A stretch of 63,639 nt of DNA, the filler included, from Stramenopiles sp. TOSAG23-3 (taxonomy: Eukaryota), in the NCBI GenBank assembly GCA_900128585.1. It is 3 parts of 3 records of this genome, joined end to end, with 100 filler letters (N's around TTAATTAATTAA, not from the genome) between each part and the next. Parts side by side here need not be neighbours in the genome. Positions count along the whole stretch, not along the records: positions 30,786 to 61,406 come from LT642228.1; 2 more parts are not named here. The stretch is one strand, 5' to 3'. A program made the translations under genes and the position numbers. Each line of letters starts with the position of its first letter. Positions within the stretch are counted from its first letter, which is position 1. Below, piece after piece: positions 33,701 through 42,005 of the stretch. The notes beneath the pieces are model-generated. The model saw only the letters and a program-made list of their open reading frames with translations, was not told the origin of the DNA and made no database searches.

Positions 33701-34588
33701 TTAACCAACTATTTTGCGGCACCCGTAGTCACATCGGCAGACGATGGAAAAACTTTGGAATGGCTCGCCCCTCTGAGTTTCTCAATGAATGTATTGCTGT
33801 TTGCTGTGCTCATTTTTGCATTTGGGAAGTTTTTAGTAGACGGTGCGGCCAAGGAAGACGAGGAGATAAATGCGCTTCCACAACGCAGCATAAGAGTTCA
33901 AAGTGAGATCAGGTGGTCGAATAACCCGATTGTGAATCGCACGACAGTAGAAATGCCTGTTCGTTGCAACAGCAACGGCGCAAAAGAGGGCCAGGAAAAA
34001 GCGACGGAAAACAATGGCACGGAACAAGCAATAAAATCTGCCGGGGTGCTCAGAACCGATCTTCCCAGGGTCTCTGTCGCATGGTACGAGCACTTTGATG
34101 CCCTATCCAACGACTCTTACTACGAGTGCATTAGAACTGCATCATCATGGGAGAAGCCATCCACAGCGGATGAAAGCGCCGAGGTTTCTGTTCATACACA
34201 TTCCGGGCAGAAATATTACCAAACTAAGACGAGCCAGGTTACTTGGGAGAGACCCGAGGGTGTGCCAATCCATGTAGTGAGTCGCCCATCGATCGCAGAC
34301 AGTGAATTTGCACGTTCTTCTAGTGCAGATGCCAAAACGGGTTCCTTACTAGCAGCAACTCGGCGTAGATTAAACCATGTAAAAGATAGAAGTAGAGTGT
34401 TAGCACCCAGTAATATTAAATCAAATGGGATTTGGTGGGAACTAACAGATGAGCATGGAAAAACCTGCTACTTGAATACGGCAACGGATGAAGTAATATA
34501 TTCTCTACCCAAAGGATGGGTTAAGGCTATGGCTATGGAGAGGTTCAGTAAAGGCTACGGGAGCCATAGTCTCACAGAGCCTACGTGA
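30791..34588 (+). CDS. Receptor-like membrane protein: right-handed beta-helix repeats, Cys-rich repeats, multi-pass TM region, C-terminal WW domains (5' end lost at the contig break)
   Basis: GGAIY/FxxNxA repeats; CxxCPxG Cys-rich units; about 7-9 hydrophobic helices; WW-like WYEHFD..SYY...SSWEKP, GQKYYQ..VTWERP, WWELTDEHGKTCYLNTAT. Confidence 0.85.
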   Translation: MIATGTNRHFFIDSEASSLSIRWLNMSSGAARRGASIFVGAASQVNISRCVFFKNTAFPANGKESQGGAIYAEHPKEGSGDTLFIEHSIFERNYGFYGGAIHLAKWAARIKTCRFTSNSAAYGGAIYTRSITSLVVESTTINLNEVTKFGGGVMIKDSPGVTFSNVLVYKNRAGQRGGGIYVDGTPTWSIVLKLSNCEFVENIQYQFQYDFNSGGGGLYLKNEAAVSIRECGFVRNEAVSGCSGASGSGCAGHHIMVRKSGNLGRPSITLVNTNFTSIETTYSFWGYQDGDDPGPGAYGNPTDCSANPCSAPPFTGHCSLKTNPLHGTMCQRYNTSIVPPPSKNTSATKNTTKTRQNCSKGTRLTLGGSCLLCAQNTIQPATNQHTCLQCPAGHRTMAIGPRTAAQHDAHTDCVPSKFAVNVLTGSVLTGGANFSVAIPSEQRNVFSRSREETIIYIAGMKIPSLGAVSGNRKVVQNAVVPNKGPCGVGTPACEMWAQLLVFDSIYNASGSTEIYFVEKACPTSEKCTEIPSDFLLYPRKDCQWRSDQQCNECPIGARCPGGREVWALPYFGIFSTRNGLQVAMCKEPSARCKGYVDAERKEMCALGYGGMLCGGCKPGFYANVVGSSACRSCPSGSGDSAFASVAVPALYFIAIMSVSTAFALFLSYLAYKYGGGTVEGGRNRTLGFLGYVCLSLSLLAQGSRKANGNLPEYFQSLASHLAVFQLDLAGPVPPACTPYPFWKHLAVFLLSTVCSCCIMIFLSKPGIRKIIVCKKVPFDQLAHGATIWLFLTYSLMANFAMETMHCVPSNGKNEVTVMASNPNVVCFQGDHTFIFACALIALSLHGLTVPMYTARSVKVLREHSLGKAHPIGSETESPTVYGEFVWKYFLSNSYKPAFFYFYHVEILLLFLGSLCNEFLFYSAPVAYVTIFSVGLVCSATAYVYHSPFALDHRWKFIVRIHLSLCSFLNVLTNYFAAPVVTSADDGKTLEWLAPLSFSMNVLLFAVLIFAFGKFLVDGAAKEDEEINALPQRSIRVQSEIRWSNNPIVNRTTVEMPVRCNSNGAKEGQEKATENNGTEQAIKSAGVLRTDLPRVSVAWYEHFDALSNDSYYECIRTASSWEKPSTADESAEVSVHTHSGQKYYQTKTSQVTWERPEGVPIHVVSRPSIADSEFARSSSADAKTGSLLAATRRRLNHVKDRSRVLAPSNIKSNGIWWELTDEHGKTCYLNTATDEVIYSLPKGWVKAMAMERFSKGYGSHSLTEPT

Positions 34589-34739
34589 ACCCGCTACACA
34601 AATGGTGCTTAATACGATTCATTTCGCAGGCCCCAAGTAAAACGGCTTTTACCACCCCAGTCTCGTTATGAAAATTGTGCGGAGCATTGTAATCGTGAAC
34701 GCGCATGAAGGTAAAATAAAACGATAACTCTCTCGCTCT

Positions 34740-35060
34740 TGTATTACGGCTTCTTTCGCCTCCACACACAGGTACCTCGCGGGTTAAAGGCAGCCCACTT
34801 GCGCGGCAGCATGGAGAAGCGTTTTCTTACAGTTATCTAGCGCATCTATGGTGCCATTGGCCTCCTCGTATAACTACTTTAGTGCCGTAAGTTTGCCCCC
34901 CACATCCGCCATATGCAGCGCGGTGTTCCCGTATCTATCTCCAGCCTCCGTGTTGACGCCGGCCTCCTCGCATAGATACTTTGTGACGTTGAGTGAGCCC
35001 GTCGGCGGGGATCAACGGAGTCGAATCAAGCCATCCCACCGCTTCCTGGCGGAACCCGTG
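34740..35060 (-). pseudogene. Ankyrin-repeat pseudogene fragment
   Basis: Frame from 34999 reads GSLNVTKYLCEEAGVNTEAGDRYGNTALHMA..GKLTALK*LYEEANGTIDALDNCKKTLLHAAAQVGCL*PARYLCVEA, with stops at 34874-34876 and 34784-34786. A DSTPL motif upstream is frameshifted. Confidence 0.8.
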
Positions 35061-35193
35061 TTGTGTGACCCATCGCAAAAAGCAAAAACTAAAAGCGAAT
35101 AAAGGAGCCAAAAAGATGATCGAATGCATTTTACGTCGCACTACTGAACTACTGATATCGTTACTGTTATTTGAGAATAATCATTTTTTAAAT

Positions 35194-35230
35194 AAAACAA
35201 GAAAATTGGCTGTTATTAATTTATATTAAA
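35194..35230 (-). mobile_element. Short retroelement tail copy
   Basis: AAAACAAGAAAATTGGCTGTTATT is an exact match to the family tail. Confidence 0.75.
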
Positions 35231-35276
35231 AGAAAATTTAATAATTTGCAATGGTGGATGGAAGATTACAAATCAA

Positions 35277-36386
35277 TCAATGGCCTCTGAATTTGCAAAA
35301 ATGGTGTGGGCACTGCTCACCTGCACGCAGGTACTTGCAGTACGGCACCTGCGTGTGCTTAAACCGGCACGTAGTGTCCTTGTTGGTGCAGAGGGTTCCA
35401 TGACGGCACTCATCAATTTCATCCTCATTGTGCCCATAGCAACAACTGTCCCCATGCTTGCACGTTCCATGTTTAAAGTAATAATCGCAGCGTCTCCTTG
35501 GCTTGCGAGCGGGCTTCCTTTCCTTTCTGGTGACTGCAGTCCATTGGTCATCTTTTGTATTGCAGACAGATTGAGGTAGCACTTCATTCTTTGCTAAGCA
35601 CACAAGATTGGGGACTGATGGATCGTTCACTGGTTTCATAACAGCACATTTGTAGGAACTGATTTGCAAGGTTTGGCGTGTCTTCAACGCTGGCGGCGGA
35701 GTCCTCTCGACGTTCCAGGCATTCGGCTTGGGCGCACAATCCCCGGTGCAAACACCTCGTGCACTGGGCAATGACTGGGGGCTGAGAGTGCCAAAACCCG
35801 GGGGCGGGCCCATGGCGCTGACCAGAGAACGCCCTTTAAACCGTTCTCCCTCTCCCACAACAGCCGTTTGGGCAATTCCAAGATCTGGGGTGGTGAGATC
35901 ACAAGTAGGCAGAAACATCGCAGGCGGGGAAAATGTCTTGGGCGCTTCTACATTCCATTCGCTCAGCTTCTTCCATATAATGGTCATGTGCGACGGTTTC
36001 ATATACACCAATTTTCCTTTTTCAAGATATCGCTCAATTACCCTTTCAAACGCCTCTTCGGTGTCGTAGGCATTCAGTATTTCCTTGGGGGTGTCTCCAA
36101 GAAATGTCAAATTGTTCCTGTACTGCAGCAGATTTCGGTCGGTCTTGGCTAGAGAACGCATGAAGGCGTCCATTGCTCCAGCAGACTTGCCATGAAAAAT
36201 GATGTCGTGGCGAGCTCCCAAATGCATTGGGCTTCCGCTAAAACTAGTCCAACTAGTACCACTGGAACTGTTCAGCAATACATCATTATCCTCGAGGACG
36301 GAGGATCCCACCGACAGAGCAACAGTCGATTCGTCGCTGTCACTGTCGCAAAAGGCATCAGGCACGAGTAACTTGTTTCTTGGCAT
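35277..36386 (-). CDS. CCCH zinc-finger protein (three C-terminal fingers)
   Basis: CDYYFKHGTCKHGDSCCYGH, CRHGTLCTNKDTTCRFKH, CKYLRAGEQCPHHFCKFRGH. Confidence 0.85.
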   Translation of the reverse strand: MPRNKLLVPDAFCDSDSDESTVALSVGSSVLEDNDVLLNSSSGTSWTSFSGSPMHLGARHDIIFHGKSAGAMDAFMRSLAKTDRNLLQYRNNLTFLGDTPKEILNAYDTEEAFERVIERYLEKGKLVYMKPSHMTIIWKKLSEWNVEAPKTFSPPAMFLPTCDLTTPDLGIAQTAVVGEGERFKGRSLVSAMGPPPGFGTLSPQSLPSARGVCTGDCAPKPNAWNVERTPPPALKTRQTLQISSYKCAVMKPVNDPSVPNLVCLAKNEVLPQSVCNTKDDQWTAVTRKERKPARKPRRRCDYYFKHGTCKHGDSCCYGHNEDEIDECRHGTLCTNKDTTCRFKHTQVPYCKYLRAGEQCPHHFCKFRGH

Positions 36387-37117
36387 GTCAGTTGTGTAAG
36401 AAAAAAGGAAAGGCTTTTGTATTCTACAAATTGTAGATAGTTTCTGTTGAAACTATTATATTACTATCTTTTACTTTTGATTATTATGTTCTTTCGTTGA
36501 AGAAATCGTTCTCTTTTGATGTATTTATTCTCACAAGTATCGTTCTGGACGAGGAATACAAATATTTTGTGATGAACTTGTTATTATTTTATATTATACC
36601 ATCCAAGATAGAAGAAGTATAATATAGTAGAGGGTATAGTAGAGGAGCATATTATTATAATAAAATATGATAACCGATGATGGTTGTGGTAGTAGTAGTA
36701 CCAAGTAGAAGAAGAGAAAATAAAAATAATAATGTGTTTTTTTTTTGAGGACAAGATAATATAAAATAAAATTGTGGAAACAACATCATCATAGCATTGA
36801 TTTGAAGCAGCGAAGGAAGGAAAGAAGAAGGAGAAAGAAAATGATTTTTTTTGTGAAAAATTACGAATGTAAAATAGCAGCGCAATAGTATAGACAAAAA
36901 ACACCCACGCACGAAATAGCTCAATGGTCTTTTTTAAGAAACAACAGCAGGAAAAAGAATGGTGTGCCCATATTATTGGACATAGGTATGGGCTGGACAA
37001 AATATAATAAATGAATCAAGGAAGTGAAAGAGAAGAGAAGAAGAGTTGATTTTTTGGGTGTTGTTTTGTTGTCCTCAACAACAAATAGATTATGGTAATT
37101 ATTACTGTATTAACTGA

Positions 37118-37293
37118 TCTTCTTTCTTTCTTCTTCTTTTTCTTTCTTCTTCTTTTTCTTTCTTCTTCTTTCTATTCTTCTTTTTTCTTCTTTTTTCTTC
37201 TTTCTTTCTTCTTCTTCTTCTTCTTCTTCTTCTTCTTCTTCTTCTTCTTCTTCTTCTTCTTCTTCTTCTTCTTTTTTCTGCTTCTTCTTCTTC
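37118..37293. repeat. (TTC)n microsatellite / polypyrimidine tract
   Basis: Pure TTC run at about 37206-37271 inside a longer degenerate T/C tract. Confidence 0.95.
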
Positions 37294-37739
37294 TACGCCT
37301 AGGCGTAGTCTAGGAAGTGCGATCAAGAACTGTATTATATTACATACTATATATATATAATTTGTTTTTTATTATTTTTTTTATAGTCTATTATAAATTT
37401 TTTTTTTTTTTTTAATTATTATTATATACTAATTCGACTTGTTGGTATTATACGGTAGATCGATAGTATATTATTATTATTTTTTTATTTTTTTTTATTA
37501 CTACATTATATTATTACAGCAGTATTATATTATATTAAATTAATAATTAATTATTCTTTTTTGTTCTTTTGAATGTGTACACTATTAATTCCAAACTGGT
37601 GCAGTAGTAAAACTGAAGGTTTGAATGCGATTGTATTAAAATTGTGTGATTAAAGTTCAAGAGTGAAATGGTTGTACCAAAAGAACGGAAGGAGGTCGTG
37701 ATTCAATTGTAAAGAACAAACGGACCGAGGTTACCCACA

Positions 37740-38366
37740 ATGCCCGCGCTCTCTTCTCACACGCGTCATGCAGAAAAGGTGTTTTTGAACGTATATGACT
37801 TGACGCCAGCGAATGACTATCTATGGGAACTAGGACTTGGAGTGCACCATTCGGGGATTCAAGTGCATGGTAGCGAGTGGACGTTCTCTTCCGGCGGTGT
37901 GTTTTACCATCAGCCTAAAGGTGCCCCCAATGTCCCATTTCGGAAACAGGTCTTGCTGGGAACTGTGAATTTTTCTTCGGCGAAGGTAAGACAGATAGTG
38001 GACTCTCTTCGTTCAGACTTTCAGGGAGAATCATACCACATTTTGAACAACAATTGCAATTCTTTTGCAAACGCTCTATGTGTAGCGCTGCTCGAAAAGC
38101 CCATACCGGGATACGTGAATAGGCTGGCTGGTGTAGGAAGTTGCTTTTCGTGTTTGATTCCAAAGCATATGCTTGGCAGTAGCCCAGTCACGTCGACCGG
38201 CAACAGCGGTGGACGGAGTATTCAGATGTCAAGTTTTAAAAATAGATCTGCGGGAATTGGAATGCGGCTTGGTTCGAGTGGCTCAAGTCAGCCGAGTAGT
38301 GCTGGTGCGAATAACGATGACTTAAGAAAGAAACGCTTGGCATATTTGGACCGCCTGCAAAGTTAA
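37740..38366 (+). CDS. PPPDE/DeSI-family peptidase (DESI2-like)
   Basis: VFLNVYDL, catalytic His in GVHHSGIQVHGSEW, catalytic Cys in YHILNNNCNSF, IPGYVNRLA. Confidence 0.93.
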   Translation: MPALSSHTRHAEKVFLNVYDLTPANDYLWELGLGVHHSGIQVHGSEWTFSSGGVFYHQPKGAPNVPFRKQVLLGTVNFSSAKVRQIVDSLRSDFQGESYHILNNNCNSFANALCVALLEKPIPGYVNRLAGVGSCFSCLIPKHMLGSSPVTSTGNSGGRSIQMSSFKNRSAGIGMRLGSSGSSQPSSAGANNDDLRKKRLAYLDRLQS

Positions 38367-38456
38367 AGATACGAACCTTAGTACGAGAAGTAACTCGCTT
38401 ATTAAGAAAATATGTAATTGAATTAAAGTTTTATTTTTGTTTTTAATACAAAATTA

Positions 38457-38556
38457 TCGTTCAACACTTCAAAAAAACAAGAAAATTGGCTGTTGTAATG
38501 TAAATTAAAATTTATGTACTGCGAACTGATCTCTACTGTCGTTCAACACTTCAAAA
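38457..38556 (-). mobile_element. 64-bp retroelement 3'-end insertion with perfect 18-bp TSD
   Basis: TCGTTCAACACTTCAAAA at 38457-38474 and 38539-38556 flanks 38475-38538, which matches the end of the 19896 copy. Confidence 0.9.
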
Positions 38557-38626
38557 TATATTTTATCAAAAGTTGTCATACAAAAGTTTGCTGTCACCAC
38601 AACTGATTATTTTATGAACCACAGCT

Positions 38627-39613
38627 TCACATCATTGACTTAAAGTTTTGCTCCTGGACGAAGCGATACAACCGCGACGATTGAAAGTCAGCGTTAGTTT
38701 GGGGCAGGGGTGGAAAGCTCAGAACGTCAAATACATCCTCGCAACCCAAAAATTCTGGAATTTCCACATCATTCTTCATGCGATTCAACTCAGCGGCTTG
38801 GTGCAAGTTCAACGGCGGGGGTGGGATCTGGTTCAAATACGAATGCACTAGCTTCACCGGCGAAGGAAGTTTTGCGCCGGAAGTTGCATTCGCACACGCT
38901 TCTATAATATTGTCTATGTTTCCGTATTCCTGCATAAGCAAAGCTCCCCTCTTCGGGCCCACCCCGGTTACTCCAGGCAAATTGTCTACTTTGTCCCCAA
39001 GTAAGGCAAATAATTCTGGCAATAATCCCGGCGTTACCCCGAAACGATCCACCACACTAGATTCATCGTACACCTTACCGGTATGAGAATGTTCTACCGT
39101 AACGTTGTGACTATCATTGACCATTTGCAACATGTCTTTGTCTGGGGATATAATGTCAACCCCGGCAACAGCGTCCTGCGACGAAGAGAGTTTTGCGACC
39201 GTAGCGATCAAGTCGTCGGCTTCGACGGACGGGATTTGAAACTGTGCAACACCTAGCGTGGCCATTGCTTGCATGGACAGCGGAAACTGCGGCCGTAATT
39301 CATCTGGCATTGCCGATCGGTTGGCTTTGTAACCAGAAAAATCATTGGAACGAATCAATCGCGAGGGATGATCCCAGCAAACAGCTGCCCCACTATATCT
39401 TGGACGTTTCGCACAGTCGGACAGTCCAACCGTCGCATTGTTTTCACAAGGGCGCTCTAACAACGAGATTATACTTCTCAAAAATGTGTAGACCCCGTTG
39501 ACTTTAACACCGTTCGGATTGTACAGGTCCGCCTTGTTTCCATAAAAAGCCTGATACAACAGCGCGTTACCGTCTATTAAACAGATACGCCCATTGGCGA
39601 TTCGAGTCACCAT
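38627..39613 (-). CDS. Stand-alone 5'-3' exonuclease / flap endonuclease (DNA Pol I N-terminal family)
   Basis: LIDGNALLYQAFY, YKANRSAMPDELRPQF, EADDLIAT, SPDKDMLQ, H3TH LLGDKVDNLPGVTGVGPKRGALL. First ATG at 39613. Confidence 0.92.
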   Translation of the reverse strand: MVTRIANGRICLIDGNALLYQAFYGNKADLYNPNGVKVNGVYTFLRSIISLLERPCENNATVGLSDCAKRPRYSGAAVCWDHPSRLIRSNDFSGYKANRSAMPDELRPQFPLSMQAMATLGVAQFQIPSVEADDLIATVAKLSSSQDAVAGVDIISPDKDMLQMVNDSHNVTVEHSHTGKVYDESSVVDRFGVTPGLLPELFALLGDKVDNLPGVTGVGPKRGALLMQEYGNIDNIIEACANATSGAKLPSPVKLVHSYLNQIPPPPLNLHQAAELNRMKNDVEIPEFLGCEDVFDVLSFPPLPQTNADFQSSRLYRFVQEQNFKSMM

Positions 39614-40577
39614 CTTGCACTGCAGAGTTAGTTCTACCTCCACCTTTCCCACCACGCTATCAACCGGTGAACTTCACAACTGCCAATGGTCCGGTCTACC
39701 CCAACGTTTTCAAAGTACAGCTACCTTCAATCCTTTTACTACAATTTTCAATATGTATGAAAAACTTAATCCGTCAAACAGAATTAATATATATAATCGA
39801 TCATCGAAAAACATATTCCTAAAACAGTTTAATTCATTCTATACACTATATGATATATAATAAGTAAATAGATGTGAACGAAGAAAAAATATTAATAATA
39901 TAATTAATAATAATACGTGTATAATACTAAAAATAAATAACAAAAAATTTTTTTTTTTCTTCTCTCTCCTCTCCTCTTTGCCGGCGGGGAGGAGATATGT
40001 ATTATGAGAAAAGTGACCAAGTTTACCGTTTGGAATACGAAACGCTCTCCTTTTATGAATCGTATAATACAATTAGAATGATAATATTGATAGAATATAA
40101 TTATAAGCTAATAGTATGATTACATGTTTTTAATTAATTTAGCTATTATAAGTTTAATACATTTATTATGGTTGTTTTACCGATAAAAACAATTTGTAAA
40201 AAAGGACTTCTTTATTATAATATTAAAACAACAGGAAACAACATCATACACAGAATAACACTACAGGTTTTATTATTTTTTTAAATTTATTTTTATATAT
40301 ATATATTATATTATGTGTTGGTAGTATGAGAAGAAGAAGTAGGCGAAAGGTAACAAACACATCATCAGGAGGAGACGCTTTCTTTTCTCAACAAGAGAAT
40401 CAGCTCATTACGTACTAGAACGGGGTGTTCAACAGCGCGGAAAGAAGAGGAACAAAGAAGGCCAGTTCCGTTTTGTTTAATTAACACCTACATTCCTTTC
40501 ATCCATTAGGAAAACACGACGCTTTCCGTTCGAGGGAAATTGCCAAGACTCCCTAGTAAGAAGCTATCTAATAGCAA

Positions 40578-41612
40578 ATGGACCACTTAAGCGAAGATGA
40601 AGTTGCTGCACAGTTAGACGCGCTGGTACGAAGCAATGACAAGATAAGGCGTGAAAACGAATTGTACGAGTCGTATATGTCGCGGAATATCATGGAAGCA
40701 GACCCAGCTGCTAATGAAACGAGGCGGGATAGGAAAAAGAGAAGAGGTGCAGACAAAAAGGCTCAGAGCCTTCCTGTCTTCTTGAACACGCAACAAAAGT
40801 TGGATATAGCCAACTCAGAGGGGGAAGCGATACAAAAAGAAATAAACGAGACAAAAGCAAAGAGCGAGAAACTGATCGATACCCTTAAGTCCGTCATCGA
40901 GGAGACTGATATACGCGTCTCAGACTTGAAGAAAGACGCCTACGAGTTCAAGCGAGATATCGTAGTAGGGGCAGAGAATTTTCGCACGGGAAAAACGATG
41001 GCGGAGAAAGTTGTCCGCTACATGGAGGAGAAACTTCGCCAGAAAGATGCGTTGGTGGAAAAGTTGAAGCTAAAAAACTCGACCATCAAGAGCCAGATTG
41101 CTAAGGTTGACTCCCAGTTGAGACAGAAGGAAGAAATGGGAGACGTATTGCATTACATCGACTTTCACCAGCTGCAAATTGAGAACAAACAGTACGTTGC
41201 AAAAATTGAAGAGCGTAACCAGGAGCTTCTGAAGTTGAAGATGACCACAGGAAGCACAGTCCAAGTCCTCAACTCGTTGAAGAAGCAGTTGCAAGATATT
41301 ATTACAGAGAGCGATTGGTTGCGGAAGGAGACTAAGGCGCGCACAGACATGTTAAAGAAGATAAAGAGGGACAATATTAATGTTGGGGATGAAATAGTCA
41401 AGGAACGAAAACGGCTGAGAAAGTTTGCATCAGCGAAAGAAGAAACGGAGGGCTTGCCGGTAACCCTGGACTACATTCTTCAGAAAAAAGAAGTTTACGA
41501 GCTTGAATCTACAATTAAAAACTGGGAGCGTAAGCTTGAAATAGCCGACATGGAGGCGCGGGTCGTTCGTAGTAAGAAAAAACGCCAGCGCATGGGCCAA
41601 ATGATGATGTAG
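40578..41612 (+). CDS. CCDC113: Coiled-coil axonemal protein CCDC113/CFAP263 (DUF4201)
   Basis: KKDAYEFKRDIV..AEN.RTGK..AEK, LHYIDFHQLQIENKQY..KIEERNQELLKLK, WERKLEIA. Confidence 0.85.
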   Translation: MDHLSEDEVAAQLDALVRSNDKIRRENELYESYMSRNIMEADPAANETRRDRKKRRGADKKAQSLPVFLNTQQKLDIANSEGEAIQKEINETKAKSEKLIDTLKSVIEETDIRVSDLKKDAYEFKRDIVVGAENFRTGKTMAEKVVRYMEEKLRQKDALVEKLKLKNSTIKSQIAKVDSQLRQKEEMGDVLHYIDFHQLQIENKQYVAKIEERNQELLKLKMTTGSTVQVLNSLKKQLQDIITESDWLRKETKARTDMLKKIKRDNINVGDEIVKERKRLRKFASAKEETEGLPVTLDYILQKKEVYELESTIKNWERKLEIADMEARVVRSKKKRQRMGQMMM

Positions 41613-41745
41613 GGTTAGTCGCAATGTAGTAACCTATAAAGCTAATTTTACGAAGCACTAAAACTCTTATCTTCAGGTATGATATGTTCATGTAGTATCA
41701 TATGATAAGTTAATTTTTCTTTCTGACCTTTCCTTTTTCATTTTT

Positions 41746-41840
41746 AAAAACAAGAAAATTGGCTGTTATTTAAGTAATTAAAATTACTGTAGTGCGAACT
41801 AAAATCTAGATTTAAGACATTCTAGGTTTGCATTCCTCAG
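41746..41840 (-). mobile_element. Retroelement 3'-end copy of about 95 bp (variant UTR)
   Basis: Family tail plus AAATCTAGATTTAAGACATTCTAGG, whose reverse complement matches 4445-4478 and 4741-4800; possible degenerate TSD TCCTTTTT.A.TTTTAA. Confidence 0.8.
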
Positions 41841-42005
41841 TTATATGCTTTTAAACCCTCCTTTTTTATATTTTAATATCAATTACGATTTCAGTTCGAA
41901 CCCTGACTAGTCCTGTCTTGATGTTTTAATTTGATTTTTTAATTTCGTTTCGTTGATTGTCAATCACTTTTTATTATGTTTTAAAATTCAGGATTGCCGT
42001 CTTGC

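Noticed and set aside
37293-37308. Perfect 16-bp palindrome CTACGCCTAGGCGTAG after the TTC tract
   Set aside because: Single occurrence; about one such palindrome is expected by chance in a window of this size.
37092-37326. Poly-Phe and poly-Arg ORFs (also 45303-45797, 57025-57282)
   Set aside because: Translations of (TTC)n and A/T tracts in divergent spacers.
1657-39613. Giant-virus or prophage origin suggested by TK, the 5'-3' exonuclease and intronless genes
   Set aside because: No capsid, packaging ATPase or viral polymerase genes; the neighbours are core eukaryotic and axonemal genes.
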